DNA of 64,000 bases, from NCBI GenBank assembly GCA_035701285.1, contig DASSNT010000016.1, positions 724 through 64,723 of the forward strand. The letters run 5' to 3'. The stretch comes from Gammaproteobacteria bacterium (GTDB taxonomy: Bacteria > Pseudomonadota > Gammaproteobacteria > Natronospirales > DASSBR01). The position numbers and the translations under genes are program-made. Numbering within the stretch: the first letter of the stretch is position 1; each line of letters opens with the position of its first letter. The notes beneath the pieces were generated by a model, which worked only from the letters and a program-made list of their open reading frames with translations, did not search any database and was not told the DNA's origin. This document shows positions 10,372 to 19,748 of this stretch, piece by piece.

Positions 10372-10451
10372 CGGGGTTCGGGCGTCGGGATTCGGGGTTC
10401 GGGTGGAGAACTCCTCTTTCCCGATACCCGAACCCCGAATCCCGAGCCCCG
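10372..10451. repeat. Family A palindromic element (G-rich arm / C-rich arm hairpin), copy A1
   Basis: Left arm 'cggggttcgggcgtcgggattcggggttcggg' is the near-perfect reverse complement of right arm 'cccgaaccccgaatcccgagccccg'. About 20-nt loop. Lies between the nuoCD stop and the nuoE start. Confidence 0.85.
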
Positions 10452-10491
10452 GGACGCGCAAAAGAAGAATGCAGGTGCATTGATAGACAGG

Positions 10492-10956
10492 ATGCTTACC
10501 GAAGTTGAAAAGCGAGAAATCGAGGAAGAGCGCGGCCACTACCCGGACAACCGTGCGGTCAGCGTCGAAGCACTCAAAATCGTGCAGCGCGCGCGCGGAT
10601 GGGTATCTGACGACAGCCTGGCGGATGTGGCCGATTACCTCGGGCTGTCGACGGCCGAAGTTGAAAGCGTCGCGACGTTCTACAGCCTGATTTACCGCCA
10701 GCCGGTCGGGCGCCACGTGATTCACGCCTGCGACAGCATCAGTTGCTGGATCATGGGCTACGGCGACATGTGCGAGACGCTGAAGCAAAAACTCGGCGTC
10801 GGTCTCGGCGGCACCACCGCGGACGGCCGCTTTACGTTGCTGCCGATTCCGTGCCTCGGCAATTGCGATCACGCGCCGGCCGTCATGATCGACGAAGACC
10901 TGCACAATGACGTCACCGCCGATAACGTCGATGCCATTCTGGAGCGCTACGACTGA
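10492..10956 (+). CDS. nuoE: NADH-quinone oxidoreductase subunit E
   Basis: Start at ATG 10492 ('MLTEVEKREI'); the listed ORF start 10354 reads through repeat A1. 2Fe-2S Cys pattern 'HACDSISC...CLGNCDHAP'. Confidence 0.92.
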   Translation: MLTEVEKREIEEERGHYPDNRAVSVEALKIVQRARGWVSDDSLADVADYLGLSTAEVESVATFYSLIYRQPVGRHVIHACDSISCWIMGYGDMCETLKQKLGVGLGGTTADGRFTLLPIPCLGNCDHAPAVMIDEDLHNDVTADNVDAILERYD

Positions 10957-12278
10957 TGGAGGCGGTGCTGACCAGAAATATCCGTGCCGGCCGCGAGCCG
11001 CTGGACATCGGCGCGTACGAGAAAGCCGGTGGTTACCAGTCGCTGCGCAAGGCGCTCAAACTGGCGCCAGGCGAAATCGTCGAGATGGTCAAGCAATCGA
11101 ACCTGCGCGGGCGCGGTGGCGGCGGCTTTCCGACCGGGATCAAATGGGCGGCCATTCCGCAGGGCGACGATGCCCGCCCGCCGGCTTACCTGCTGGTCAA
11201 CGCCGACGAGATGGAACCGGGCACGTTCAAGGACCGCCTCTTGATGGAGGGCGATCCGCACCAGTGTATCGAAGCCTTCATCATCAGCGCGTATGCGATG
11301 CAGGCGCAGGCGGTATTCATCTTTCTTCGCGCGGCATACCATGAGTCAGCTCGGCGCCTTGCGCGTGCACTGGCCGAAGCCCGCGACAAAGGCTACCTCG
11401 GGCAGAAGATACTCGGCTCCGATTACAGCCTTGACATCGTGCTGCATCGCAGCGCCGGCCGTTACATCTGCGGCGAGGAAACGTCGCTGCTGAACGCAAT
11501 GGAAGGTGTGCGGCCGATTCCACGTGCCAAGCCGCCGCTGCCCCAGGTCGCGGGGCTCTGGGGCCAGCCGACGGTCGTCAACAACGTCGAAACGCTGTGC
11601 AACGTGCCGCACATTGTCGAGCGCGGCGCGGACTGGTTCAACGGCGTCAGCCTGGCCGAGGGCAAGGACGGCGGCACCAAGCTCTACGGCGCGAGCGGCC
11701 GGGTCAATCGGCCGGGTTTGTGGGAGCTGCCGATGGGTACGCCGGCGCGGGAAATCCTCGAGGACTACGCCGGCGGCATGCGCGAAGGCTATTCGCTGCG
11801 CGCGTTTCAGCCCGGCGGCGCGTCGACGCAGTTTGTCGGTGCCGACAAGCTCGACACGCCGATGGACTTCGACTCGATGAGCCAGGCCGGCGCGCGCCTC
11901 GGCACCGGCACGATGATCGTACTCGACGACAAAACATGCCCGATCGGCGCGCTGGCCAATCTGGAACATTTTTTCGCCCAGGAGTCCTGCGGCTGGTGTA
12001 CGCCGTGCCGTGAAGGGCTGCCGTGGACGGAGCGCTTGCTGCTTGGCATAGAAAACGGCGATGGCAGGGCGGAGGACATCGACGTGCTGTCGCTGCACAC
12101 GCGCTTTCTGAGCGGCAAAAATACGTTCTGCGCCCACGCGCCGGGGGCAATGATGCCGCTGGAGAGTGGAATGGCTATATTCCGAGACGAATTCGACGAG
12201 CATATCAAGGCGAAGAGATGCCGCTTTCGGGGTTCGGGATTCGGGGTTCGGGATTCGGCAAGGGAGAAGAACGGATGA
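10956..12278 (+). CDS. nuoF: NADH-quinone oxidoreductase subunit F
   Basis: 'GRGGGGFPTG' FMN site, 'ESCGWCTPCREG' 4Fe-4S motif. The last 16 codons ('RGSGFGVRDSAREKNG') and the stop are read from repeat A2. Confidence 0.93.
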   Translation: MEAVLTRNIRAGREPLDIGAYEKAGGYQSLRKALKLAPGEIVEMVKQSNLRGRGGGGFPTGIKWAAIPQGDDARPPAYLLVNADEMEPGTFKDRLLMEGDPHQCIEAFIISAYAMQAQAVFIFLRAAYHESARRLARALAEARDKGYLGQKILGSDYSLDIVLHRSAGRYICGEETSLLNAMEGVRPIPRAKPPLPQVAGLWGQPTVVNNVETLCNVPHIVERGADWFNGVSLAEGKDGGTKLYGASGRVNRPGLWELPMGTPAREILEDYAGGMREGYSLRAFQPGGASTQFVGADKLDTPMDFDSMSQAGARLGTGTMIVLDDKTCPIGALANLEHFFAQESCGWCTPCREGLPWTERLLLGIENGDGRAEDIDVLSLHTRFLSGKNTFCAHAPGAMMPLESGMAIFRDEFDEHIKAKRCRFRGSGFGVRDSAREKNG

Positions 12279-12388
12279 TAACTCTTTTGCTTATTGTGTT
12301 AGGTACGGCCCGGTGTTGCGTATCTGCTCGGTGCGAGCGTCTTGCCTCTTTGCCCGAGCCCCGAACCCCGAACCCCGGATCCCGATTC
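12228..12388. repeat. Family A element, copy A2 (about 160 bp, inverted G-rich/C-rich termini around an AT-richer centre)
   Basis: Left terminus 'cggggttcgggattcggggttcgggattcgg' (12228-12258), right terminus 'cccgagccccgaaccccgaaccccggatcccgattc' (12352-12388). Spans the nuoF stop and ends 5 nt before the nuoG ATG. Confidence 0.85.
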
Positions 12389-12393
12389 TGACC

Positions 12394-15081
12394 ATGGCCA
12401 TTATTTACATCGACAATCAGCCGTTTGAAGCCAACTCGGACAACAACCTGTTGCACGAGTGCCTGTCGCTGGGGTTCGACCTGCCGTACTTCTGCTGGCA
12501 TCCGGCACTGCATTCGGTGGGCGCGTGCCGGCAGTGCGCGGTGACGCAATATAAGGACGAAAATGATCAGCGCGGCCGCATCGTGATGGCCTGCATGACG
12601 CCGGCCGCGGACGGTACTCGCATCGCCCTCAAGGACGAGCAGTCGGGTGCGTTCCGCAAGACAATTATCGAGTGGCTGATGCTCAATCACCCGCACGACT
12701 GCCCGGTGTGCGAAGAAGGCGGCGAATGCCACCTGCAGGACATGACGGTGATGACGGGTCACAGTTTCCGTCGCACCCGCTTTCCGAAACGAACCTTCCG
12801 CAACCAGAACCTCGGTCCGTGCGTCGGCCACGAGATGAATCGCTGCATTACCTGTTACCGCTGCGTGCGGTTCTACCAGGAGTACGCCGGCGGGCGCGAT
12901 CTGGAAGCCTTCGGCGTGCACGACAACGTTTATTTCGGCCGCCGTGAAGACGGCACGCTGCAAAGCGAATTCAGCGGCAACCTGGCCGAGGTCTGTCCGA
13001 CGGGCGTGTTCACCGACAAGACCCTGGGCGAACGCTACACGCGCAAATGGGACCTGCGCGCGACGCCGTCGATCTGCCATCACTGCAGCCTGGGCTGCAA
13101 CATCAGTCCCGGGGAGCGCTACGGCGAGTTGCGCCGCATCGTCAACCGTTACAACCACGACGTCAACGGCTACTTCATCTGCGACCGCGGTCGTTACGGC
13201 TACCAGTTCGTCAATTCACCGGCGCGCATTCGCCAGTCGCATTTCGAAGGCGATCCGCTCGATCACGATGATGCGCTGGCGCGGCTTGCAACGCTGACGG
13301 TCGAGCCGCGGCGGCTGGTGGGCGTCGGCTCGCCCCGTGCATCGTTGGAGGCTAATTTTGCGCTGCGGACGCTGGTCGGCCCGGAGCGGTTTTCGCAGGG
13401 CATGACGCGTAAGGAAGCCGCGCTCGTCGACAAGGCTGTTAGCGCGCTAACCGGCGCGGCGCGCCTGCCGTCGGTAAAGGAGACGGAGCAGGCCGACGCG
13501 GTGCTGGTGCTGGGCGAGGACGTCAGCAATACCGCCCCCCGTCTCGCGCTGGCGTTGCGCCAGACCGTGCGGCGCAAATCGTACGAGATTTCCCGGCAGC
13601 TCGGCGTCGATTACTGGCACGACGAGAGCGTGCGAAGCGTCGGCACGCATTTCCAGAGCCCGTTCTTTGTCGCGACGGTGGCCGCGACGCGGCTGGACGA
13701 CATTGCCATCGATCCCATCCGCCTCTCGCCGCCGGACGTCGCCAGGCTGGGCTTTGCGGTAGCGCATGCAATCAATGCCGATGCGCCGGCGGTGCCCGAC
13801 CTCGACGACGCAGCACGCGCGGCCGCGGATCGCATAGCCGCTGTGCTGAAGGAAGCGGAACGGCCGCTGGTGGTCAGCGGCACGGGCTGCGGCGACGCGG
13901 CCGTTATCGATGCCGCCGCGAACATCGCCGCTGCACTGGCTGCTGCCAACCCCGAAGCGATGCTGAGCATGGTGGTGCCGGAGTGCAACAGCGTTGGTGC
14001 GCACCTGGCAGGCGGCAGCGACATCGAGACGGCGCTGGATGCACTGGGCAAGGGCGATGCCGACACGCTGGTCATTCTCGAGAACGACCTGTTCCGCCGT
14101 CTGGACGCGGCGACACTGACAGCGGCACTCGATACGGCGGCCTACGTCATCGTGCTCGACAGTCTCGAAAACGACATGACCCGCGCCGCCGACCTGGTGC
14201 TGGCGACCGGCACGTTTGCCGAAGCCGACGGCACGCTGGTCAACAACGAGGGCAGGGCGCAGCGCTTCTTCCGGCTGTTCGAGCCGGAGATCGATATTCG
14301 CGCCGGCTGGGACTGGTTGCGCGGCGCGTTGCGCGCCAACGGGCGCGACGAGGCGCGCGGCTGGCATCATCTCGATCAACTCACGATAGCGTGCGCACAG
14401 GCATTGCCGCAGCTGGCCGGCATTGAGCAGGCCGCCGTGGCGAGCGACTACCGCGTCGCCGGCATGAAAGCGGTGCGGGAACCGGCGCGCTACAGCGGCC
14501 GTACCGCAATGCTCGCCGACCGGACCGTACACGAACCGAAGCCACCCGAGGATCCGGACAGCGCGCTGTCCTACAGCATGGAAGGCTACCAGGGCGCAGT
14601 GCCGGGCTCGATCCAGTCGTTCTTCTGGGCGCCGGGCTGGAATTCGAACCAGCAGGCGGTGAACAAGTTTCAGGACGAGATTGCCGGCACACTGGCAGCC
14701 GGCGGATCCGGGCGGCGGCTGTTTGAACCGGACGGCGGTCGCCATTTTGCGGATGCCATTCCCGCCGGCTTTACGCCGCGTGACGGCGAGTGGCTGGCCG
14801 TGCCGCTGCATCACGTTTTCGGCAGCGAGGAACTCTCCCGCCACGCCCCGGCATTGCAGGCGAGGGCACCGGCCGCGCATGTGGTGCTGAATGCCGAAGA
14901 CGCAGAGCGGCTGGGGCTGGCTGAAGGCGCGGCTGTCGAGGTCCGCATGGACGGCGGCGAATGCAGGTTGCCGTTGCGGACCGAGCGGGAACTACCCGCC
15001 GGCGTTATCGGCGTGCTGGGCGAACCGGCATTTTCAGCCCGCTTGCCGGCGGCGGTCTCGCTCAGGGAGGCGCCGGCATGA
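12394..15081 (+). CDS. nuoG: NADH-quinone oxidoreductase subunit G
   Basis: Start ATG 12394 ('MAIIYIDNQPFEA...CWHPALHSVGACRQCAV') matches the canonical NuoG N-terminus. 895 aa. The listed ORF start 12166 reads through nuoF and the repeat. Confidence 0.95.
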   Translation: MAIIYIDNQPFEANSDNNLLHECLSLGFDLPYFCWHPALHSVGACRQCAVTQYKDENDQRGRIVMACMTPAADGTRIALKDEQSGAFRKTIIEWLMLNHPHDCPVCEEGGECHLQDMTVMTGHSFRRTRFPKRTFRNQNLGPCVGHEMNRCITCYRCVRFYQEYAGGRDLEAFGVHDNVYFGRREDGTLQSEFSGNLAEVCPTGVFTDKTLGERYTRKWDLRATPSICHHCSLGCNISPGERYGELRRIVNRYNHDVNGYFICDRGRYGYQFVNSPARIRQSHFEGDPLDHDDALARLATLTVEPRRLVGVGSPRASLEANFALRTLVGPERFSQGMTRKEAALVDKAVSALTGAARLPSVKETEQADAVLVLGEDVSNTAPRLALALRQTVRRKSYEISRQLGVDYWHDESVRSVGTHFQSPFFVATVAATRLDDIAIDPIRLSPPDVARLGFAVAHAINADAPAVPDLDDAARAAADRIAAVLKEAERPLVVSGTGCGDAAVIDAAANIAAALAAANPEAMLSMVVPECNSVGAHLAGGSDIETALDALGKGDADTLVILENDLFRRLDAATLTAALDTAAYVIVLDSLENDMTRAADLVLATGTFAEADGTLVNNEGRAQRFFRLFEPEIDIRAGWDWLRGALRANGRDEARGWHHLDQLTIACAQALPQLAGIEQAAVASDYRVAGMKAVREPARYSGRTAMLADRTVHEPKPPEDPDSALSYSMEGYQGAVPGSIQSFFWAPGWNSNQQAVNKFQDEIAGTLAAGGSGRRLFEPDGGRHFADAIPAGFTPRDGEWLAVPLHHVFGSEELSRHAPALQARAPAAHVVLNAEDAERLGLAEGAAVEVRMDGGECRLPLRTERELPAGVIGVLGEPAFSARLPAAVSLREAPA

Positions 15082-16058
15082 CCTTGATGCAGTCCATCGG
15101 GTACCCGCTGCTCAACATCGTTTTCATCATGTTGATCGCGATCCTGTGGGCCGCGGCGCTGACTTGGGTGGAGCGCCGGTTTCTCGGCTTCTGGCAGGAA
15201 CGCTACGGGCCGAACCGCGTCGGCCCCGGCGGCGTGATGCAGGTTTTTGCCGATATCATCAAGCTGCTCACGAAGGAGGACTTCACGCCGACGTATGCGG
15301 ATCGGGTGATATTCATCATAGCGCCGGCGTCGCTGGTGGTGGCCGTAATGATGCCGTTCGGCATCCTGCCGATTGCCGAGGATATCGGCATCAGCCCCGA
15401 TCTCAACATCGGCATTCTGTTCTTTCTGGCGATGTCGTCGCTGACGGTATACAGCGCCGTCCTTGGTGGCTGGGCGTCGAATAACAAGTACTCGCTGCTC
15501 GGCGGGCTGCGCGGCGCATCGCAGATGCTGGCCTACGAGGTATTCATGGGGCTTGCGCTGATGGGCGTGGTGATGATCACCGGCACGTTCAATCTGCAGA
15601 AGATCGTCGCGGCGCAGGACAACATGTGGTTCGTGTTGCCGCAGTTCCTCGGATTCATCGTTTTCGTTATTGCCGGCCTCGCCGAAACTCGGCGGTTGCC
15701 GTACGACCTGCCGGAAGGCGAGCAGGAACTGGTCGCCGGTTATCACACCGAATATTCGAGCATGAAGTTCGGCATGTATTTCCTCGGCGAATACCTCGGC
15801 ATGATCCTGATTTCGGCGTTGATCACGACGTTGTATTTCGGCGGCTGGCACGGGCCGCTGCTGCCGGGCTGGCTGTGGTTCATGCTGAAGACGGCATTCT
15901 TTTTGCTGTTATTCATTCTGCTACGGGCGTCGCTGCCGCGGCCGCGTTACGACCAGCTTACGGCGTTTGGCTGGAAGGCGATGTTGCCGCTGGCGTTGCT
16001 GAATTTCCTGGCGACGGGAGTCATTACGCTGGTTGTTTTGCCGCATGGAGGCGCGTGA
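15078..16058 (+). CDS. nuoH: NADH-quinone oxidoreductase subunit H
   Basis: ATGA overlap with nuoG. Polytopic membrane protein with '[22 protein letters not shown]' motif. Confidence 0.95.
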   Translation: MTLMQSIGYPLLNIVFIMLIAILWAAALTWVERRFLGFWQERYGPNRVGPGGVMQVFADIIKLLTKEDFTPTYADRVIFIIAPASLVVAVMMPFGILPIAEDIGISPDLNIGILFFLAMSSLTVYSAVLGGWASNNKYSLLGGLRGASQMLAYEVFMGLALMGVVMITGTFNLQKIVAAQDNMWFVLPQFLGFIVFVIAGLAETRRLPYDLPEGEQELVAGYHTEYSSMKFGMYFLGEYLGMILISALITTLYFGGWHGPLLPGWLWFMLKTAFFLLLFILLRASLPRPRYDQLTAFGWKAMLPLALLNFLATGVITLVVLPHGGA

Positions 16059-16573
16059 TGTTCAGTAACCTCCGCACGATCTGGAACGTCTTTACATTTA
16101 TCTTCAAGCCGAAGGTGACGGTCCAATATCCTGACGAGCGTACGCCGCTGCCACCGCGCTGGCGCGGCAGAATCATTCTCTCGCGCGACCCGGATGGCGC
16201 CGAGCGCTGCGTGGCCTGTTACTTATGCGCGGTAGCATGCCCGGTCGATTGTATTTCACTGCAGAAGACGGAGGACGAAACGGGCCGATGGTATCCCGAG
16301 TTCTTTCGCATCAATTTCTCGCGATGCATATATTGCGGCTACTGCGAGGAAGCCTGTCCGACGCACGCGATCCAGCTTACGCCGGATTTCGAGATGAGCG
16401 AGTACCAGCGGAAGAACATGGTGTACGAAAAGGAGGATCTGCTTATCGACGGGACCGGAAAGTACCACGATTACAATTTCTGGAAAGTCGCTGGTAAGGC
16501 GATGGATGGCAAAGACAAAGGTGAGGCTGAGAATGAACGGCCGCCTGTTGATGTGAAGAGTTTGCTGCCGTGA
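16058..16573 (+). CDS. nuoI: NADH-quinone oxidoreductase subunit I
   Basis: ATG 16058 overlaps the nuoH stop. Two 4Fe-4S ferredoxin motifs '[12 protein letters not shown]' and '[12 protein letters not shown]'. Confidence 0.95.
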   Translation: MFSNLRTIWNVFTFIFKPKVTVQYPDERTPLPPRWRGRIILSRDPDGAERCVACYLCAVACPVDCISLQKTEDETGRWYPEFFRINFSRCIYCGYCEEACPTHAIQLTPDFEMSEYQRKNMVYEKEDLLIDGTGKYHDYNFWKVAGKAMDGKDKGEAENERPPVDVKSLLP

Positions 16574-16595
16574 GTCGGGTGGCTTCGAATGGCCT

Positions 16596-16696
16596 GCGTC
16601 GCGGTATCGGTTTCCCGGAACGCCGTGAATACATCCCTGTAGGCTCCGGCGGCGACATCCTGTCGCCGACGCTCCGGAAAACCAATCCCCCGACGC
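16596..16696 (+). repeat. Family B palindromic element, copy B1
   Basis: 26-nt core 'cgccgtgaatacatccctgtaggctc' (16621-16646), inner hairpin 'ggcgac-atcct-gtcgcc', outer complementary arms 'gcgtcgcggtatcggtttcccgg' / 'ccggaaaaccaatcccccgacgc'. Confidence 0.85.
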
Positions 16697-16726
16697 ATGC
16701 CTTACGTTGTGGTGGACTTGGGTCCC

Positions 16727-16764
16727 ATCCCCTCTCCCTCAGGGAGAGGGTTAGGGTGAGGGGG
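16727..16764. repeat. Family C hairpin unit, copy C1
   Basis: 'cccctctccctcagggagagggttagggtgagggg'. The same unit is seen at 19749.. and in reverse complement at 62779... Confidence 0.85.
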
Positions 16765-16863
16765 GCACATAAAGGCAGGCCCTTCAATTCCGCTTTACTG
16801 TTTGTAGCTTACATCAAGAGCGGAAGCGGCGACCCTCTTGTAATGGCTGGCGACAACCCGTCA

Positions 16864-16974
16864 GGCGTGTGCCGGGGGAACTATTTTCCAGAGCGTGAGC
16901 AGCAGGACGCTGCGACCGGAGCCTACAGGGATGTATTCACGGCGTTCTGGAAAATAGTTACCGCGGCACGCGCC
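16864..16974 (-). repeat. Family B palindromic element, copy B2 (inverted relative to B1)
   Basis: Reverse complement of the identical 26-nt core at 16919-16944. Own complementary arms 'ggcgtgtgccgggggaactattttccagag' / 'ttctggaaaatagttaccgcggcacgcgcc'. Confidence 0.85.
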
Positions 16975-17003
16975 CCGCGACAACCTGAAAGCCGCCATAG
17001 CCC

Positions 17004-17513
17004 ATGCCAGTAGCCTTCTACATCTCCGCTCTAATCGCAATCGTGGCGACGCTACTAACCGTAACGCGCTACAACGCAATCCACGCATTACTTTACCTGG
17101 TTGTGTCGCTGCTGGCCGTGGCCGTCGTGTTCTACACGTTAGGCGCACCCTTTGCAGCGGCGCTGGAAGTCATCATCTACGCCGGCGCCATCATGGTCCT
17201 GTTCGTCTTCGTCGTGATGATGCTGAACCTGACCGACATGGCCGATCGTGAACGCCGCTGGCTGAATTCCGGCATGTGGGTCGGACCGGGCATTCTCTCG
17301 CTGGTGTTGTTCGGCGAAATTATTTACATGCTGTTGAGTGGCCCAGTGGCGGCGCAGCCGGTGCATTACGTCGGTCCGGCTGCAGTTGGCGTTGCCTTGT
17401 ATACACGCTACGTGCTGGCGGTCGAAATCGCGTCCATGCTGCTGCTTGCCGGATTGATCGGCGCGTATCACTTCGGTCGCCGTCACAGCGGCAGTCGCGC
17501 GGGGAAGACCTGA
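17004..17513 (+). CDS. nuoJ: NADH-quinone oxidoreductase subunit J
   Basis: '[18 protein letters not shown]...[11 protein letters not shown]...[16 protein letters not shown]' is near-collinear with E. coli NuoJ as recalled. Confidence 0.93.
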   Translation: MPVAFYISALIAIVATLLTVTRYNAIHALLYLVVSLLAVAVVFYTLGAPFAAALEVIIYAGAIMVLFVFVVMMLNLTDMADRERRWLNSGMWVGPGILSLVLFGEIIYMLLSGPVAAQPVHYVGPAAVGVALYTRYVLAVEIASMLLLAGLIGAYHFGRRHSGSRAGKT

Positions 17514-17821
17514 TGGTCGCGATTGTTCCCAGTTACGGCATCTGGTTGGCGGGCATCCTGTTCGCCATCGGCATGGCCGGCTTGCTGGTGCGGCGCAACA
17601 TCGTGTTCATGTTGATGTGCATTGAAATCATGCTGAATGCGGCCGGTCTCGTATTTATCGTCGGCGGTGCGCGCTGGGGGCAGGCAGACGGGCAGGTGTT
17701 GTTTCTGCTGATTCTGGCGCTTGCGGCGGCGGAGGTGGCAATCGGGCTGGCATTGATTCTGCTGTTCCACCGGCGGTACCAGACGCTGGATGCCGACGCG
17801 GCCAGCCGGATGCGAGGATAG
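17513..17821 (+). CDS. nuoK: NADH-quinone oxidoreductase subunit K
   Basis: ATG 17513 (TGATG overlap with nuoJ). 102 aa, 3 TM. '[14 protein letters not shown]', '[13 protein letters not shown]'. Confidence 0.93.
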   Translation: MVAIVPSYGIWLAGILFAIGMAGLLVRRNIVFMLMCIEIMLNAAGLVFIVGGARWGQADGQVLFLLILALAAAEVAIGLALILLFHRRYQTLDADAASRMRG

Positions 17822-19723
17822 GTGATGTTGCAGTACGCCTGGCTCGTTCCCGCGTTGCCCTTGACCGGATTCCTCGTGCTGGCGCTGACCGCCAGCCGAC
17901 TGCCGAAAATGGTCGCCGGCACAATCGGCACGGCATCTGTTGGCCTGTCGATGCTCGCGGTGCTGGCCATCTGGGTACAGGTTGGCTTCTCGCCGCTGCC
18001 AACCGGCGGCTATACGCTGGTGCTGTGGCAGTGGATGAACGTTGGCGGATTCACGCCGACGATCTCGCTGTACGTCGATCACCTGGCGCTGATCATGATG
18101 TCGGTGGTGACGTTCGTCAGCTTCCTGATTCACCTGTATTCGCACGAGTACATGGAGGACGACGCCAGCTACAGCCGTTTCTTCGCGTACATGAACCTGT
18201 TCGTCGGCTCCATGCTGATCCTGGTGATGGCGGCGAATCTGCTGTTCTTCTACGTCGGCTGGGAAGGCGTCGGCCTGTGCAGCTACCTGCTGATCGGCTT
18301 CTGGTATGACAGCGCCGACTTCGATCGCGCCGCGCGCAAGGCCTTTATCGTCACCCGCATCGGCGATACCGCGATGGCGATCGGCTTCTTTCTGCTCTTC
18401 AATGCGCTCGGCACGCTCAACATCCAGGAGCTGATGCATCGTGCCGCGGCGAGTTGGACGGTCGGGCAGGGCATGGCCGTCGCCGGCGCGGCCTTGATAC
18501 TCGGCGGTGCTGTCGGCAAGTCCGCGCAATTTCCGCTGCAGGTGTGGCTGCCGGACGCGATGGCCGGCCCGACGCCGGTCAGTGCGCTGATTCATGCAGC
18601 GACGATGGTGACCGCCGGCGTGTACATCATTGCTCGCACGCATGTGCTGTTCGCGCTCGCGCCGGCGATTCAATTGCTGGTGGCGATCATCGGCGCGTTG
18701 ACATTGCTGATCGCTGGCTTCAGCGCGCTGGGCCAGGACGATATCAAGCGGATTCTGGCGTATTCCACGATCAGCCAGATCGGCTACATGTTTCTCGCTC
18801 TGGGCGTCGGCGCCTGGGCAGCCGCAATCTTCCATTTGATGACACACGCGTTCTTCAAGGCGCTGCTCTTCCTGGCCGCCGGCGTCGTCATTCATGCCAT
18901 GGATGGCGAGCACGACATCTTCAAAATGGGCGGCTTGCGCAAGACGCTGAAGGTCGCGTTCTGGCCGTTCCTGATCGGCAGCGCCGCGCTCACCGCTTTG
19001 CCGCTGATTACCGCGGGCTATTACAGCAAGGACCTGATTTTGTGGGAGGCATGGTCGTCGCCGCAGGGCGCCTGGTGGCTGTGGGTGATGGGGATTGTTG
19101 GCGCGCTGCTGACTGGCCTGTATATATTTCGAGCGGTATTTGTCGCTTTTTTTGGCAAGCCGCAGCGCGTGGTCGCTCACTATCCAAAAGGGCGCGTGGT
19201 TATTCCGCTACTGGTGTTGTCCTTCCTGTCGATCGTCGGCGGCTTCGTGGAAATTCCGCCGAACCTCGGCGATATCGATGCGTTCACGACGTTCATGGCA
19301 TCCGTGTTGCCGTCGGCTCAGGGCGCCGCTGAGCCGACGCCGGGGCTGATACTGGCGTGGATGCAGATTGCCGCCGGGCTGGTGGCGCTCGGCAGCATCG
19401 CCATCGCCGCCTTTCTGTTCGCGCGCCGCGCGCCGTTGTTCAACATGCTGGCGCGGTCGCGCGGCGGCCGGGCGCTCAAGCAATTCTGGGCCGTCGGCTG
19501 CGGCTTCGACTGGGTCTATCTGCGCGCGCTGAAGCGACCATATCGCCGGCTATCCTGGCTGGATCGCAACGACATCGTCGATTCGTTTTATACCGGTGTC
19601 GCTGCGCTGACGCGCGGGTTCTACTACATGCTGAGCGCAACGCAGACCGGCCGGATACGCTGGTATGCCGCCGGCATCGCCGCAGGCATGGTCACCTTCC
19701 TGGCCTTGGCGGTGTGGAAATGA
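17822..19723 (+). CDS. nuoL: NADH-quinone oxidoreductase subunit L
   Basis: 633 aa antiporter-like subunit. 'FYVGWEGVGLCSYLLIGFW', 'KSAQFPLQVWLPDAMAGPTPVSALIHAATMV'. Start is GTG 17822 or ATG 17825. Confidence 0.95.
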   Translation: MMLQYAWLVPALPLTGFLVLALTASRLPKMVAGTIGTASVGLSMLAVLAIWVQVGFSPLPTGGYTLVLWQWMNVGGFTPTISLYVDHLALIMMSVVTFVSFLIHLYSHEYMEDDASYSRFFAYMNLFVGSMLILVMAANLLFFYVGWEGVGLCSYLLIGFWYDSADFDRAARKAFIVTRIGDTAMAIGFFLLFNALGTLNIQELMHRAAASWTVGQGMAVAGAALILGGAVGKSAQFPLQVWLPDAMAGPTPVSALIHAATMVTAGVYIIARTHVLFALAPAIQLLVAIIGALTLLIAGFSALGQDDIKRILAYSTISQIGYMFLALGVGAWAAAIFHLMTHAFFKALLFLAAGVVIHAMDGEHDIFKMGGLRKTLKVAFWPFLIGSAALTALPLITAGYYSKDLILWEAWSSPQGAWWLWVMGIVGALLTGLYIFRAVFVAFFGKPQRVVAHYPKGRVVIPLLVLSFLSIVGGFVEIPPNLGDIDAFTTFMASVLPSAQGAAEPTPGLILAWMQIAAGLVALGSIAIAAFLFARRAPLFNMLARSRGGRALKQFWAVGCGFDWVYLRALKRPYRRLSWLDRNDIVDSFYTGVAALTRGFYYMLSATQTGRIRWYAAGIAAGMVTFLALAVWK

Positions 19724-19748
19724 TGACGTGCAGACGGAGAACATCTGA

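Noticed and set aside
16443-17013. ORFs 16570-17013 (+), 16443-16787 (-) and 16861-17148 (-) in the nuoI-nuoJ spacer.
   Set aside because: They are read entirely through palindromic repeats B1, C1 and B2. The peptides ('PLSLRERVRVRG', 'REYIPVGSG') are the usual translation artefacts of such repeats and appear in both orientations.
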